Shown here: positions 1 through 12,588 of the stretch, in pieces
How the letters are laid out: every line of letters starts with the position of its first letter
How positions within the stretch are numbered: position 1 is the first letter of the stretch
DNA from: Mobula hypostoma
Lineage: Eukaryota
Assembly: GCF_963921235.1 (NCBI RefSeq)
Contig: NC_086097.1
Location: 92,258,001-92,322,000 of the forward strand
Direction of reading: 5' to 3'
Length of the DNA: 64,000 nt
Translations under genes and position numbers: made by a program
Notes under the pieces: generated by a model
Seen by the model: only the letters and a program-made list of their open reading frames with translations
The model's database searches: none
What the model was told of the DNA's origin: nothing

Positions 1-690
1 ATAAATAGTCTTTGTGTTCATTTAGAAGAAAGGTTTCCTGAAGATGAGGTTCAAGAATGGTCAGCTTTTGATTCCTCCGCAATTGCAGATTGTGACTTCA
101 CATTTGGTGATGAGCAAGTTAATGTCTTATGTCTAAAATATCATGATTTTCTAGCTGAAAATACTGTAATAGTTACACAGTTTAATGATTTCAAATTTCC
201 TGTGCAAGAAAAAATTAAATCCAAACTGATTTCAAACTTTGCTCAAATGGTGGCATTTGTACTTCAAAATGAACAGTTTGCGACCTTGCACAGTTGATAG
301 ATATTGGGGGAACCTTTCTTGCGTCTAGTGCGGACTGTGAACGAGGTTTTAGCCTAATGAATCAACTCAAAAACAAGCTGAGAAACCGTTTAGGTGAATG
401 TCATTTGGATATGTTAATGAGAATTAAAAGCTATCAATTGGATGGAAGGATTAGCTTAGAAAGAATGAGTAAATGCCAAAGAGAGGAGAGAGAAAAAAAT
501 AACTGAGTGACTTAAATATGTATGTTATTTTGTTGTTATTCTGTGCAGTTTTATGTCAAATATTTTGTAGACCTACATAAACTGTGCCATGTGTGCATTC
601 AGTGCGCACATACTTTTGTCACAGGAAAAAAAACTTGCACAACATAAGATTTTTACACACACTGACTACTAAAAATTAGAGGGAACATTG
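1..690 (+). mobile_element. 3' end of a decayed hAT-superfamily DNA transposon (transposase C-terminal dimerisation region plus right terminus)
   Basis: ORF 294-506 has SSADCERGFSLMNQLKNKLRNRL, the hATC motif (S-x-x-x-ER-x-FS...RNRL). The element ends in AATTAGAGGGAACATTG (674-690), resembling a hAT TIR. Confidence 0.8.
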
Positions 691-828
691 GACTCCCAAC
701 CTCTGGAATTCTCTGACTGAACTCTTCCTCTCCTACCTTCTGAATAGATCTCAAGGAGAAATTTAAATTATTAATATTTAGTTGTCTTCTGGGAACTAGA
801 GAACAAAGCAGCACAAGAAATAGAAGCA

Positions 829-1030
829 GGATGGCACTGCAGGGCAGGCCGCTGACTCTGTGCTCTTGTAACCTGGGTTCAATCCAGACTTCCAGCGTTC
901 TGTGTGTGGAGTCTGCCTGTGTTTCCCTCGTATGCTCCACTTCCATCCCACATCCCAAAGGTGTGTGGATTGGTGAGCTAATTGACCCCTGTAAATTGTC
1001 CCCGCTCTTTAGGTGAGTGATAGAATCAGG
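829..1030 (+). mobile_element. tRNA-derived V-SINE (HE1-like)
   Basis: B-box-like GGTTCAATCC followed by V-domain-like TGTGTGGAGT...CCCACATCCCAAAG...TAAATTGTCCC. Confidence 0.7.
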
Positions 1031-1084
1031 GATGGGAGTGAGGGTGTTGTTTGTTTATCTACTTGACTATCTATCTATCAAGAC

Positions 1085-1226
1085 AGTACAGAACAGACCC
1101 TCCCGGCCCTTTGAGCCACGCCGTCCAGCAACCCCTGACTTAACCCTAGCCTAATCACAGGACAATTACAACGACCAATTAACCTACCAACCAGTACCTC
1201 CTTGGACTGTGGGAGGAAACCAGAGC
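1085..1226 (-). mobile_element. V-SINE fragment
   Basis: Reverse complement of the same V-domain (TTGGACTGTGGGAGGAAACCAGAGC, AATTAACCTACCAACC). Confidence 0.6.
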
Positions 1227-1384
1227 TTGTTGGTCAGCAGGAATTTGCAGGGTTAAAGGGCTTGTTTCTGCACTGTATGACTCTATGACAATGGGAGGAA
1301 GCTATTCATTCAATGAGTCCAACTGGCTATCAGAGCAATTCAATAAATCCCATTCGCCTAATTCTGTCACTTAACCTGCTCTCC

Positions 1385-1880
1385 AAAAGCAGCACCTCTG
1401 TTCCTTAGAAGCTTGCAAACATTTGGCATGACATCTAAAGTGTTGACTAACTTTTATAGTTGTATGGTGGAAAGTGTATTGACTGGTTGTATCATGGCCT
1501 GCTATGGAAACACCAATGCCCTTGAATGAAAATCCTACAAATAGTGGATACTGCATAGTGCATCACGGGTAAAGCCCTCCCCAGCTCTGAGCACACCTAC
1601 ACGAGCATTGTTGCATTGGTGCATCCATCATCAGGGTACCCTACCACCCTGATCATGCTCTCTTCTCGCTCCCTGCCATTGGAAAGACAGGAGCCTCAGG
1701 ACCAAGATCACCAGGTCCAGGAACAGTTATTGGCCCTCAATCATCAGGCGTCTGAACCAAAGCAGTTATCTTCACTTGGCCGATCACTGAACTGTTCTAT
1801 AACCTATAGACTTACTTTTAAGGACTCTTCATCTCATGTGCTCGATATTCATTGCTCATTTATTTATTGTTATTACTTCT
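1385..1880 (+). mobile_element. Rex1/Babar-like LINE 3' fragment
   Basis: Decayed C-terminal ORF (FLRSLQTFGM...LTNFYSCMVESVLTGCIMACYG) homologous to the 30219-30881 ORF, plus 3' UTR. Confidence 0.7.
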
Positions 1881-3039
1881 TTCTCCCCCTGCCTCTGCAA
1901 CTAATGGGCTCCTAGATTGGGTGAGGCCATGGAGTCACTTCCATGAAATTCCGTTTTGAATGTTATTTGCTTACTTTTATTGTCTACATTAATTGTTTTT
2001 TTTTTCTCTGCACGTTGGGTGTTTGACAGTCTTTTTTAAAAATGGGGTTCTTTGTTTTGTGTCTGCCTGTAAGGAGACGGATCTCAAGCCTGGACATAGT
2101 ACACGTACTTTGACAGTAAATGGACCTTGAACACAGTTTGTTATCCTTTGCACATTGGTTGTCCACCCCGTTGGTGCAGTCAATTAACCAGCCAAACTAT
2201 GGTGCGTTCAGAAGATGGGAAGAAACTGGAGCACCCAGAATCCACTGAGGACACATAAACTCCACATCTGTTCCAATAGCTCATTCTCTGACCGATTCTC
2301 AAATGATATTTGATATCATCACTATTGAGAGATTATGTGAAAGGTTCTGCATGAGGGCACGTCACTGTTATAACGAGGATTATCGTTGACAATGGCCATT
2401 TGTGCTGCCATGGCCTGAATGAAATGTCCACCAGCAAAAGGATACTGACGGCTGATGATACTGAAACCCATCCCGTAGTTTATCAATGTTGTACTTGTTG
2501 CAAACACATTGCCTCTGGCCATTAAAAAGTCACCCAGTCTAGTAGGCACCTAACAGACTGATGTGTTTTCTTTAATGTAATTTTGATACACAAGTAACTC
2601 AGCAACAAAACTGGACTTTGTGTTTTCCATGAAGTGTGGGGGTGGGGGAGGGTGGGGGGTGAAAAATACTGGGCACATCAGTGCATTTGAGAAAGATAAA
2701 GCCCAAAGAAACAGGATATGCTTTCCAAGTGTCAATATTCAAACAGAAACACATTCAGGAAAGAAATCCTCGAATAATCTGCTGGGTTAAAATATACTTG
2801 AGGCAAGTGTGAAAACCCTCTCACAACACAAAAGCAGCAGCTAAATAGAGGGCTATTTAAATTAGTTTCCAAGGAATGAGCACCCAATTGTGAGATTTCC
2901 CTTTCAATTTCTTTGTCCTGCTTTTGGCCCTATCTCAGGATAACTTGCCAATTTGGTCACTCAAAGTGATAGTGCAGCTGTAATGCGTTTGGTAGTATTC
3001 CCACCTTCGCTTCCGAAAGACGCAAGTTCAAATCCAGCT

Positions 3040-3256
3040 ACCCTGGCACAGTAGCATAGTGGTTAGGACAATACTTTGTAGTACTGGTGACTGGGGTTCA
3101 ATTCCCACAGCTGCCTGTAAGGAGTTTGAATTTGAACCCCGTAACTGCGTGGGTTTCCTCCCTCAGTCCAAAGACATACCGGCTGGTAGGTTAATTGGTC
3201 GCTGTATATTGTCCCAGGATTGTTGCTCAATGGGCCGGAAGGGTCATACTATCTAA
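3040..3256 (+). mobile_element. V-SINE
   Basis: A box TAGCATAGTGG, B box GGTTCAATTCC, V-domain (TCCTCCCTCAGTCCAAAGAC...GGTTAATTGG). Confidence 0.7.
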
Positions 3257-3835
3257 AAACCAAGTTGATTTCAATGCTGCACTGAGTGTGCCAAGGCCAA
3301 TTTAATCCATAGCCTGGTCTCCCTTCCCAGGGGATAGCCTTCCCCAGTGAAATGTTATGGTGTTGGTGCCATAGGGAGCTGAATGCATGGAGTTTGCATG
3401 TTCTTCTATAAATTCACCTCCGATACCATCGCTGGTGAGCAAAGCACTGGTGATGAAATAGTACACAGGAGTGTAATAGCAGACCTGCTTGAGTGATGCC
3501 AGAAAACAACCTCTCACTCAGCATTAGTAAAGGTGAACATGTGCTTCTCCACATTGGGAGAATCGGCAATGGAGAGGCTCAGCAACATGAAATTCCTGGG
3601 TATCAACCTATCAGATGTTCGGTTCTGAGCCCAGCACAAAGTAGCAATCACAAGGAAGATGAGCCAGCATCTTTACTTTCTTAGAAGGTTTAACTTATCA
3701 AAGTCCAAAGAACATTTATTATCAAAGTATGTATACTATATACAACCTTGAGATTCATCTCAAGAATCCACAAGACAATGAAATCCAATAGAACCCATTA
3801 AAAGAAGACCGTCAAACACCCAATTTCTACAGCCA

Positions 3836-4470
3836 TGTCATGAGCTGTTTTTATTTTAGCAGTTTTCTGTAAAAGCAGTGCGTCCTGCTAGTAAGAGTGT
3901 TTTGGCTCTGGCTAAAGTTAAGGAGCCATGCTGCCCAGTTTAGGAATGCTGTGTCAGCAATCAGGACTGTATGGGTAGGTGCTGTAACTTTCTGCCCAGT
4001 GAGATGTGAGAGAAGATTCTAGCGAGCTGGGTGGGATGAGATTTCTGAAGGACAGTCGTCTGGTTTGGTGTTTTTTGGGCGGGAGCCGCTAGGCAGGGCA
4101 CAAGAGAAGATGCCACAGAATGCCGCTTGAAGGAGAGACCCTATTACACGGAGCACTTCACAAGATGAAGGATTCCAAGAAGAGTGGTTCTACCTGTATT
4201 GATGATGGGAATTCAATGCCGTGAGTAAAGTGCCACACCCAGCTACTACAGAAATGAGCTCCAATGTTTATGTGCATATTGGACTGGTTTAATTGTCATG
4301 GGCCCTTTTCTTATTAACTGATAAAGTTGAAAATTGATAAATATACTTCCTTTGTAATTTCATGCTGGTATATGATCTGTCATTTCTTGGTGACTGATAA
4401 TTGTGTATGGGCAGTGTATACACAGCATTCACTGAAATCAACATTCCTTAATCAGAACACCCTAACTTTC
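3836..4470. mobile_element. Possible degraded solo LTR
   Basis: Begins TGTCATG and has LTR-like composition. No partner LTR, clear CA end or TSD was found. Confidence 0.3.
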
Positions 4471-7400
4471 CAGTAGAGGCAGATACATTAGCGAGTTTTA
4501 AATACATGTAGATATATAAAAAATTGTTACTGTTGGTTTAAAGGGTCAGTGGGGGGGGGTGGATTCTATTAAAAGGTTTTACAATGAGGATGGAAATGTC
4601 AGAAAATGCTACATTGGGGTGTCTTGGAATGTATGCGGGATGGTTTTTTGAACGAACATGTCGAGGAACCAACCAGAGAGCAGGCTATTCCAGACTGGGT
4701 ATTGAGCAATGAGGAACGGTTAATTAGCAATCTTGTCTTGGGTAAGAGTGACCATAATATAGTGGAATTCTTCATTAAGATAGAGAGTGACATAGTTAAT
4801 TCAGAAACAAAGGTTCTGGACTTAAAGAAGGGTAACTTTTAAGGTATGAGACATGAACTAGGTAAGATAGACTGGCAAATGACACATAAAGGGTTGACGG
4901 TGGATATGCAATGGCAAGCATTTAAAGATCACACGGATGAACTACAACAATTGTTCATCCCAGATTGGCAAAAGAATAAATCAGGGAAGATAGTGTACCC
5001 GTGGCTGACAAGGGAAATTAGGGATAGTATCAATTCCAAAGAAGAAGCATACAAATTAGCCAGAAAAAGTGGCTCACCTGAGGACTGGGAGAAATTCAGA
5101 GTCCAGCAGAGGAGGACAAAGGGCTTAATTAGGAAAGGGAAAAAGGATTATGAGAGAAAACTGGCAGGGAACATAAAAACTGACTGTAAAAGCTTTTATA
5201 GATATGTGAAAAGAAAAAGATTGGTTAAGACAAATGTAGGTCCCCTACAGACAGAAACAGATTAATTGATTATGGGGAGCAAGGACATGGCAGACCAATT
5301 GAATAACTACTTTGGTTCTGTCTTCACTGAGGAGGACATAAATAATCTTCCGGAAATAGTAGGGGACAGAGGGTCCAGTGAGATGGAGGAACTGAGGGAA
5401 ATATATGTTAGTAGGGAAGTGGTGTTAGGTAAATTGAAGGGATTAAACACAGATAAATCCCCAGGGCCAGATGGTCTGCATCCCAGAGTGCGTAAGAAAG
5501 TAGCCAAGAAATAGTGGATGCATTAGTGATAATTTTTCAAATCTCTTTAGATTCTGGACTAGTTCCTGAGGATTGGAGGGTGGCTAATGTAACCCCACTT
5601 TTTAAAAAAGGAGGGAGAGAGAAACCGGGGAATTATAGACCGGTTAGCCTAACATCGGTGGTGGGGAAAATGCTAGAGTCAGTTATCGTATATATAGGAA
5701 AAATAACGTGAGTACATCCAAGTAACAACACTTACAATGCCTTAAGAAAAACCATCATCTTAAAGATTGAAAACAAAATTTTGTGATAACAAAAAAAAAT
5801 CTACTGAGCAGAAAAGTGAGAAAAAAAAGAGAACCCATTAGGTGTACAACCCCATAGTCATGCGTCATACAAAAAGCTTCTAAAAATAAACATCAAACCG
5901 CCAGCAAGGAAAGAAAATATACTAAAAAAATTTACAATTAGATCGTGGAAAAATTATATCAATTAACTCAAATGATAATAACGAGCAAATGAGCCCCATC
6001 TTTTCTCAAAATCAAATAAAGGTTCAAAGGTTCGACTTCTAATTTTCTCCAAACTAAGACATAGCATCACTTGAGAGAACCATTGTGACGAAATGGGAGC
6101 TGATGTATCCTTCCACTTCAACAAAATGGCCCTCCTATCTATCAATGTAACAAATGCAATAACATGTTGGTCAGACACAGAAATACCATGAATATTTTGA
6201 GGAACTATTCCAAAAAGCACAGTTAATTTATTAGGTTGTAAATTAATTTTAAGTGCTTTAGAAATTGTTGAGAAAACCGACTTCCAGAACTGTTCCAATA
6301 TAGAACAAGACCAAAACATATGTGTCAGTGTAGCTATCTCAGTTTTACATCTATCACAATGACTATCAACATTAGGAAAGATTTTAGAAAGTCTCTCCTT
6401 TGTCAAATAATAACGATGTACAATTTTAAATTGAATCAATGAATGGCTAGCACAAATTGAAGAAGAGTTAACCAACTTCAATATCCGCATCCAATCCTCT
6501 GTCATAAGAGTCAAATTATGTTCCTTTTCCCAATCCTGTTTAATCTTAGACAAAGGACGCTTATCCCATTGTAATAGTAAATTATAAATTCTTCCAATAG
6601 AACCCTTAATCAAAGGATTCATACTCATAATAGTATCTAACAGATCAGCCTCCAATATGTAAGGGAAATTACCTAAATATTTTTGTAAAAAATGTCTAAC
6701 TTGAAGGTATTGCAGAAAGTGTGAATATGAAAGAGAATATTTATCAATTAATTGTTCAAAGGACATCAATCTATCTTCTTTAAATAAATCCAAAAAAGAA
6801 TTAACACCTTTATTTTTCCAAAGTAGAAAAATTGGATCACTCAAAGAAGGCTTAAAAAAGTAATTTCGGTAAATTAAACTACAAAGTTTAAATTTTTTAA
6901 GATTAAAAAAATTGTGGAACTGGAGCCAAATTTGTAAAGAATACTTAATCACAGGATATAGGTTTAAATTAACAACTTTACCTAATTGCATAGGTAAAGG
7001 AGCCCCCAATAACGAGGTTAAATAAAACTGTTTTACAACTTTTAGTTCCAGGTCTACCCAAATTGGCCGATCACTCTTATCAACCCAGTATAACCAAAAA
7101 GACATATATCGCAGATTAACAGCCCAATGATACATTCTAAAATTAGGCAAAGCAAGACCTCCATCCTTTTTCAATTTTTGTAAATGACATTTACTAATTC
7201 TTGGTCTTTTATTATTCCAAATAAAAGATAAGATAATAGAATCAATCCGATCAAAAAACTTCCTAGTCAAAAAAACAGGAATATTCTGAAATAAATATAA
7301 AAATTTCAGTAGACTCATCATTTTAACTACATGAATATTACCAACAAGTGAAAATGTAAGTGGACTCCATCTACTAAATAAATACTTCATAGAGTCTACT

Positions 7401-8549
7401 AAGGGAACACAATTAGCTTTATAAAGATCCTTATATTTTTTAGTAATTATAATACCTAAATATCTAAAAGAGTCTGAAACTTTAAAAGGAGTATTATCAT
7501 ATATAGAGACAGAATCATTTAAAGGAAACAATTCACTTTTACTAAAATTTATTTAATATCCTGAAAAACCTCCAAATTTATTAAATAATTTTAGCAAGGC
7601 AGGAATGGATTCGTCAGGGTTAGATATATAAACCAATAAATCATCGGCATAAAGAGAGGCCTTATGCATGGTCTCATTTACAAAGATTCCATGGATATTT
7701 TTAGCCTCACGAAGAGCAACAGCAAGGGGTTCTAATATTAAATTAAACAACAAAGGACTTAATGGACAGCCTTGCCTTGTCCCCCATGAAAGCTGAAAAA
7801 AAGGAGACCTACAATTGTTAGTGACAACAGTAACAATAGGGGCTTTATATATCATTTTAATCCAATTATTAAAATTAACACTAAAGCCAAATTTCTCTAA
7901 AACATTGAATAAATATTTCCATTCGACTCAGTCGAACGCTTTTTCAACATCCAAAGATACAACACATTGTGGAATTTTAGAAGAGGATGAATATATAATG
8001 TTAAATAGTCTCTGAACATTTGAAAAGGAATAGCGACCCTTTATAAAGCTTGTTTGATCTTTACAAATAATTTTACCCAAAATATTCTCCAACCGATTGG
8101 CCATTATCTTTGACAAAATCTTAGCGTCAACATTCAGTAATGAAATAGTTCTATTTGAAGCACAGTCAGTAGGGTCTTTATCTTTTTTAAGAATTAAAGA
8201 AATAGAGGCCTCAAAAAGTAGAGGGTAATTCACCTTTCACAAAAGAATCCTTAAACATTTCCAACATATACGGAGAGAGTAACTTTCCAAATTTTTTATA
8301 AAATTCTACGGGATAGCCATCAAGTCCTGAGGACTTACCAGATTGCATTGAAAAAAATAGCTTTATGAATTTCAGCTTCAGTAATTTGAGCATCGAGAAT
8401 CTTTTGATCCTCAGCCGAGATTTTAGGAAAAACAATCTTTCATAAAAAAGCAAACAACAGGAATTCTGCAGACGCTGGAAATTCAAGCAACACACATCAA
8501 AGTTGCTGGTGAACGCAGCAGGCCAAGCAGCATCTATAGGAAGAGGCGC

Positions 8550-8585
8550 AGTCGACGTTTCAGGCCGAGACCCTTCGTCAGGACT
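8550..8585 (-). ncRNA. Minimal type-I hammerhead ribozyme motif (antisense arm)
   Basis: Reverse complement reads AGTC-CTGACGA-AGGGTCTCGGCCT-GAAAC-GTC-GACT. Confidence 0.75.
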
Positions 8586-8621
8586 AGTCCTGACGAAGGG
8601 TCTCGGCCTGAAACGTCGACT
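8586..8621 (+). ncRNA. Minimal type-I hammerhead ribozyme motif
   Basis: Stem I AGTC/GACT, core CTGACGA, stem II GGGT-CTCG-GCCT, GAAAC, GTC cleavage triplet. Confidence 0.75.
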
Positions 8622-10705
8622 GCACCTCTTCCTACAGATGCTGCTTGGCCTGCTGCGTTCACCAGCAACTTTCGTAAAAAAGCATTCATTTTAGAGGAAT
8701 CTAACGGACATTGAGATTTATACAGCTCAGCATAAAAGTCTTGAAAAATCTTATTAATTTCTTCATATTCCTGAGCTAAGGTACCATCTTTCCTACGAAT
8801 TTTCATGATTTGCCTTTTGGCTGCAGCCATTTTTAATTGAGATGCAAGCAGTTTATTATTTTTAACTCCAGACATATAAAATTGGCTCTTTAACTTAAGC
8901 AAATAACCTTCAATGGGATGAGTTAATAACAGGTTATATTGTGATTGAACTTCCACCCTTTGTTTAAATAAATCAGTATTGGGGGAAATTGCATAAATAT
9001 TATCTAAATCTTTAATTTGTTTTGAAATTCTATCTAATTCTGCTTTAGTTTTTTTTTAAGTTTAGCTGAATAAGAAATAATCTGACTGCGTAAAAATGCT
9101 TTAAATGTATCCCATATAACTAATTTAGACATACCCCCTATGTCATTAAAAAGAAAAAATTCTTTTATCTGGGTTTCAATGAAAGTGACAAAGTCAGAGT
9201 TTTGCAATAATGTCTGAGACATGCGCCAAGGTGGGCGGGCAAGAGTGACATCATCAAATTCAAAAGACAAACTCAGAGGTGCATGATCAGATATAGCAAT
9301 AGCGTCATATTCGCAGGTTTTAACACTAGACAAGAAGCGGGGATCGACGATAATAAAATCGATCCTCGAATATTTTTTATAAACGTGTGAGAAGAAAGAA
9401 TATTCTCTATTGTCGGGAAGAAGATACCTCCACAAATCAATCAACCCAAAATCAATCAAAAAGGAATTAATAAATGACACGGATCGATTTGGAAGTCGCT
9501 GATTGGTTGAGCTCTTATCAATCATAGGATTTAAACAACAATTAAAATCCCCACCCATTATGAGCATATATTCATTTAAGTCAGGCAGTAAAGCAAATAC
9601 CTTTTTAAAAAAAGAAGGATCATCTAAGTTAGGACCATACAAATTAACCAAAACAACTTTTCTGTTACAGATTGTTCCTTTAACAATTAAAAATTTACCA
9701 TTAGAATCTGACTCAATATCCTCTTGAATAAATATATTAGGTTTAATGAAAATAGACACGCCTTTTGTTTTACTCTGAGAAGTAGAGTGGAATTGCAAAC
9801 CATTCCACCATCTAAAAAATCTGTTTTGATCTCCTGCCCTGATATGTGTCTCTTGAGCAAAAATTATGTCAGGTTGGAATCAGTTAATAATTTTAAAAGT
9901 CTTTTTTCGTTTAATAGGATGATTCCAACCACATACATTCCAACTTATTATATTAATCCGTTTGAACAGCATACTATAATTTCATTCTACTTTATACATG
10001 CACAAAGCACATACCAATGCAGGATAATCAAAGATGGTGGTGATGAAGAATACAACCAAATAAAAAACACACATGCTCCGAACCACCCAATGGGAAAAAA
10101 CTAACTCTAAACCCACCCACCCACACCCAGAAACCCGAAAAAGGCAAGCGATCTACGATAGAATTCAAAGCTGCTGACTGCTCTGTCTGTGTTTTCTTTC
10201 CCTCCCCCCAATTAGTAAAAAAGTAGAGTGACCTTGTGAAAAAGACAATAAAGTCTCAGGAAAAAAAGGTATTTACATTCCATCGACCGATAAACAAGAA
10301 AGAACCAAAATAATGTTATCTCTTAGAGAGAAAAACCAGTGCCATGTTTAAGTTTAATATTAATTCCCTAAAAAAGCTTTAAATTCAATTATAAAATGTT
10401 ATAAAAGAACAGAAAAATATATAAAAAGCCCTATTAGTAGGAAAAACTACCAATTAGCTTCAAAGTATTAAATTAAAGGAACAAATCGCCTTATCTTCTT
10501 CCCTCAGTCATAAAATGTCCAGAGATCATTTGAGCAGAGATACTTAAACCATAAATCTTTCCAAAGGAAAACCGATAATATGCAACAAAGAACAACTCCC
10601 TATGTTCTTTAATTAGTCTCTTGATGAAATATACAAGTGACCTTCATAAATCTTCTTTCCAAAATGCGAATAATATACAAATAGCCAAACAGCCTTTCAG
10701 ATGGA

Positions 10706-11527
10706 TCATTCAACAGCAGTGTCGGTGACAGCAGCAGGGAAAGCCTGAACAAAATCCACTGCAGCTTTTGGATCAAAAGAAGTACGAGGAGGAGAATTAG
10801 GAGGGAAAATTTTAAGTCTTGTCGGATACCTCAGAGATGCGAAAAGATTCTTATCATGTGCTTGTTTCATTACCAGGGCAAATTTTGATCTCTCTTGGAT
10901 AATCTTCGTAGAAGCGGAGCTCAGATTCCATAAATCTAAAAACTCTCTGTTTTCTTGCCTGTCGTATTATTTGTTCTTTAATTTTAAAGTGATGGAAGCA
11001 AACCAGAACAGATCTTGGTTTACTAGAGTCCTTCGATTTCGAGATAAACGCCCTGTGTGCCCTTTCTATAGCAGGCGGCTTTGATAGAATGGTAGGAAAT
11101 AAAGTGTGGAAAAGCCTACCAAAGTAAGCCATTAGATCTCCACCTTCAGCTCTTTCCTGCAGCCCAACAATTCTTATATTCCTTTGTCGAGACCTAGTTT
11201 CCAGTCTATAATCTTATTTTGATATCTTTCCAAACGAGTTGTAGCTTCAGACAGCTTTTGCTTAGTTATCTTCAATTCCTCTTCGTGTGAAGTAACTTGA
11301 GTTTCCAGGTCTTTAAGTTTTCCCAGAAATGACTTCATTTCATTACTATTCTTTTCCAGTTGGTCTTTAATTGATCCATTCTGATCCTTAATTGAATTCA
11401 GTGTCCGAACAATATCTTCAGCCCACGATGGCATTTCATCAGATCTTTCCTTTTGCACCTTTCCTTTCCCATTACCTTTATCACCAGGTTCAGGTAAATT
11501 CTTCCCATTTCTTGTAGACATAGACAT
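10706..11527 (-). pseudogene. L1 ORF1 (coiled coil plus RRM, Transposase_22-like), frameshifted
   Basis: Heptad-rich N-terminus (LKDLETQV...LERYQNKIID), then NIRIVGL-like segment and IERAHR...KPRSVLVCFHHFKIKEQI...FYEDY. Confidence 0.85.
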
Positions 11528-12464
11528 ATTGGTCACCCTCAAGAGACAACAAGTAAAAATTTTAAATTCAAAGCTTAAAGTAGGGGGAAAGAAAGAAAAC
11601 TAAGAGCAGCAGAAAAATACTGCTACTTCATTGTTATCAAAGATGTGATAACAGCACATTTGGAAAGCGGTGAAATTATCGGACAAAGTCAGCATGGATT
11701 TGTGAAAGGAAAATCATGTCTGACAAATCTCATAGAATTTTTTTGAGCATGTAACTAGTAGAGTGGATAGGGGAGAACCAGTGGATGTGGTATATTTGGA
11801 TTTTCAAAAGGTTTTTGACAAGGTCCCACACAGGAGATTAGTGTGCAAACTTAAAGCACACAGTATTGGGGGTAAGGTATTGATGTGGATAGAGTTGGCA
11901 GACAGGAAGCAAAGAGTGGGAATAAATGGGACCTTTTCAGAATGGCAGGCAGTGACTAGTGGGGTACTGCAAGGCTCAGTGCTGGGACCCCAGTTGTTTA
12001 CAATATATATTAATGACTTAGATGAGGGAATTAAATGCAGCATCTCCAAGTCTGCGGATGATATGAAGCTGGGCGGCAGTGTTAGCTGTGAGGAGGATGC
12101 TAAGAGGATGCAGGGTGACTTGGATAGGTTAGGTGAGTGGGCAAATTCATGGCAGATGCAATTTAATGTGGATAAATGTGAGGTTATCCACTTTGGTGGC
12201 AAAATCAGGAAAACAGATTATTATTTGAATGGTGGCCGATCAGGAAAAGGGGAGGTGCAACGAGACCTGGGTGTCATTGTACACCAGTCATTGAAAGTGG
12301 GCATGCAGGTACAGCAGGCGGTGAAAAAGGCAAATGGTATGCTGGCATTTATAGCAAGAGGATTTGAGTACAGGAGCAGGGAGGTACTACTGCAGTTGTA
12401 CAAGGCCTTGGTGAGACCACAACTGGAGTACTGTGTGCAATTTTGGTCCCCTAATCTGAGGAAA

Positions 12465-12588
12465 ACACAAAATAATCTGCAGATGCTGGGGTCAAAGCAA
12501 CACTCACAACACGCTGGAGGAACTCAGCAGGTCGGGCAGCATTCCACAGATGCTGCCCGACCTGCTGCGTTCCTCCAGTGTGTTGTGA
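12465..12588. mobile_element. 124-bp Penelope-tail hairpin insertion in CR1
   Basis: Inverted arms of about 39 bp (about 12504-12542 and 12550-12588) with a 7-nt spacer. TSD CTGAGGAAA at 12456-12464 and 12589-12597. Confidence 0.85.

Larger units (their letters stand above)
8453..8668. mobile_element. Palindromic Penelope-tail-derived mini-insertion inside L1 ORF2
   Basis: Near-perfect inverted repeat centred on GGACT|AGTCC (8585/8586). TSD CTTTC(A/G)TAAAAAAGCA at 8437-8452 and 8669-8684. Sequence matches the 3' tail of the Penelope copies at 40635-40734 and 49874-50006. Confidence 0.9.
5963..9972 (-). pseudogene. L1 ORF2 (APE endonuclease, reverse transcriptase, C-terminal CCHC), with stops and frameshifts
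   Basis: ISWNV, QETH, GGDFN, SRIDF, SDH; ISLLNVDAKILSK, SLDVEKAFD, GTRQGCPLSPLLF, LYADD; GGLALPN; CDRC...LTHMFWSC. Confidence 0.9.
5688..11632 (-). mobile_element. Near-full-length L1-clade LINE (ORF1, long spacer, ORF2), inactivated
   Basis: Both ORFs recognisable. Flanked by duplicated GTTATC (5682-5687, 11633-11638) within the CR1. Confidence 0.92.

Noticed and set aside
2322..2549. 75-aa minus-strand ORF after an AG
   Set aside because: No recognisable homology and a weak acceptor context; insufficient support for a CDS.
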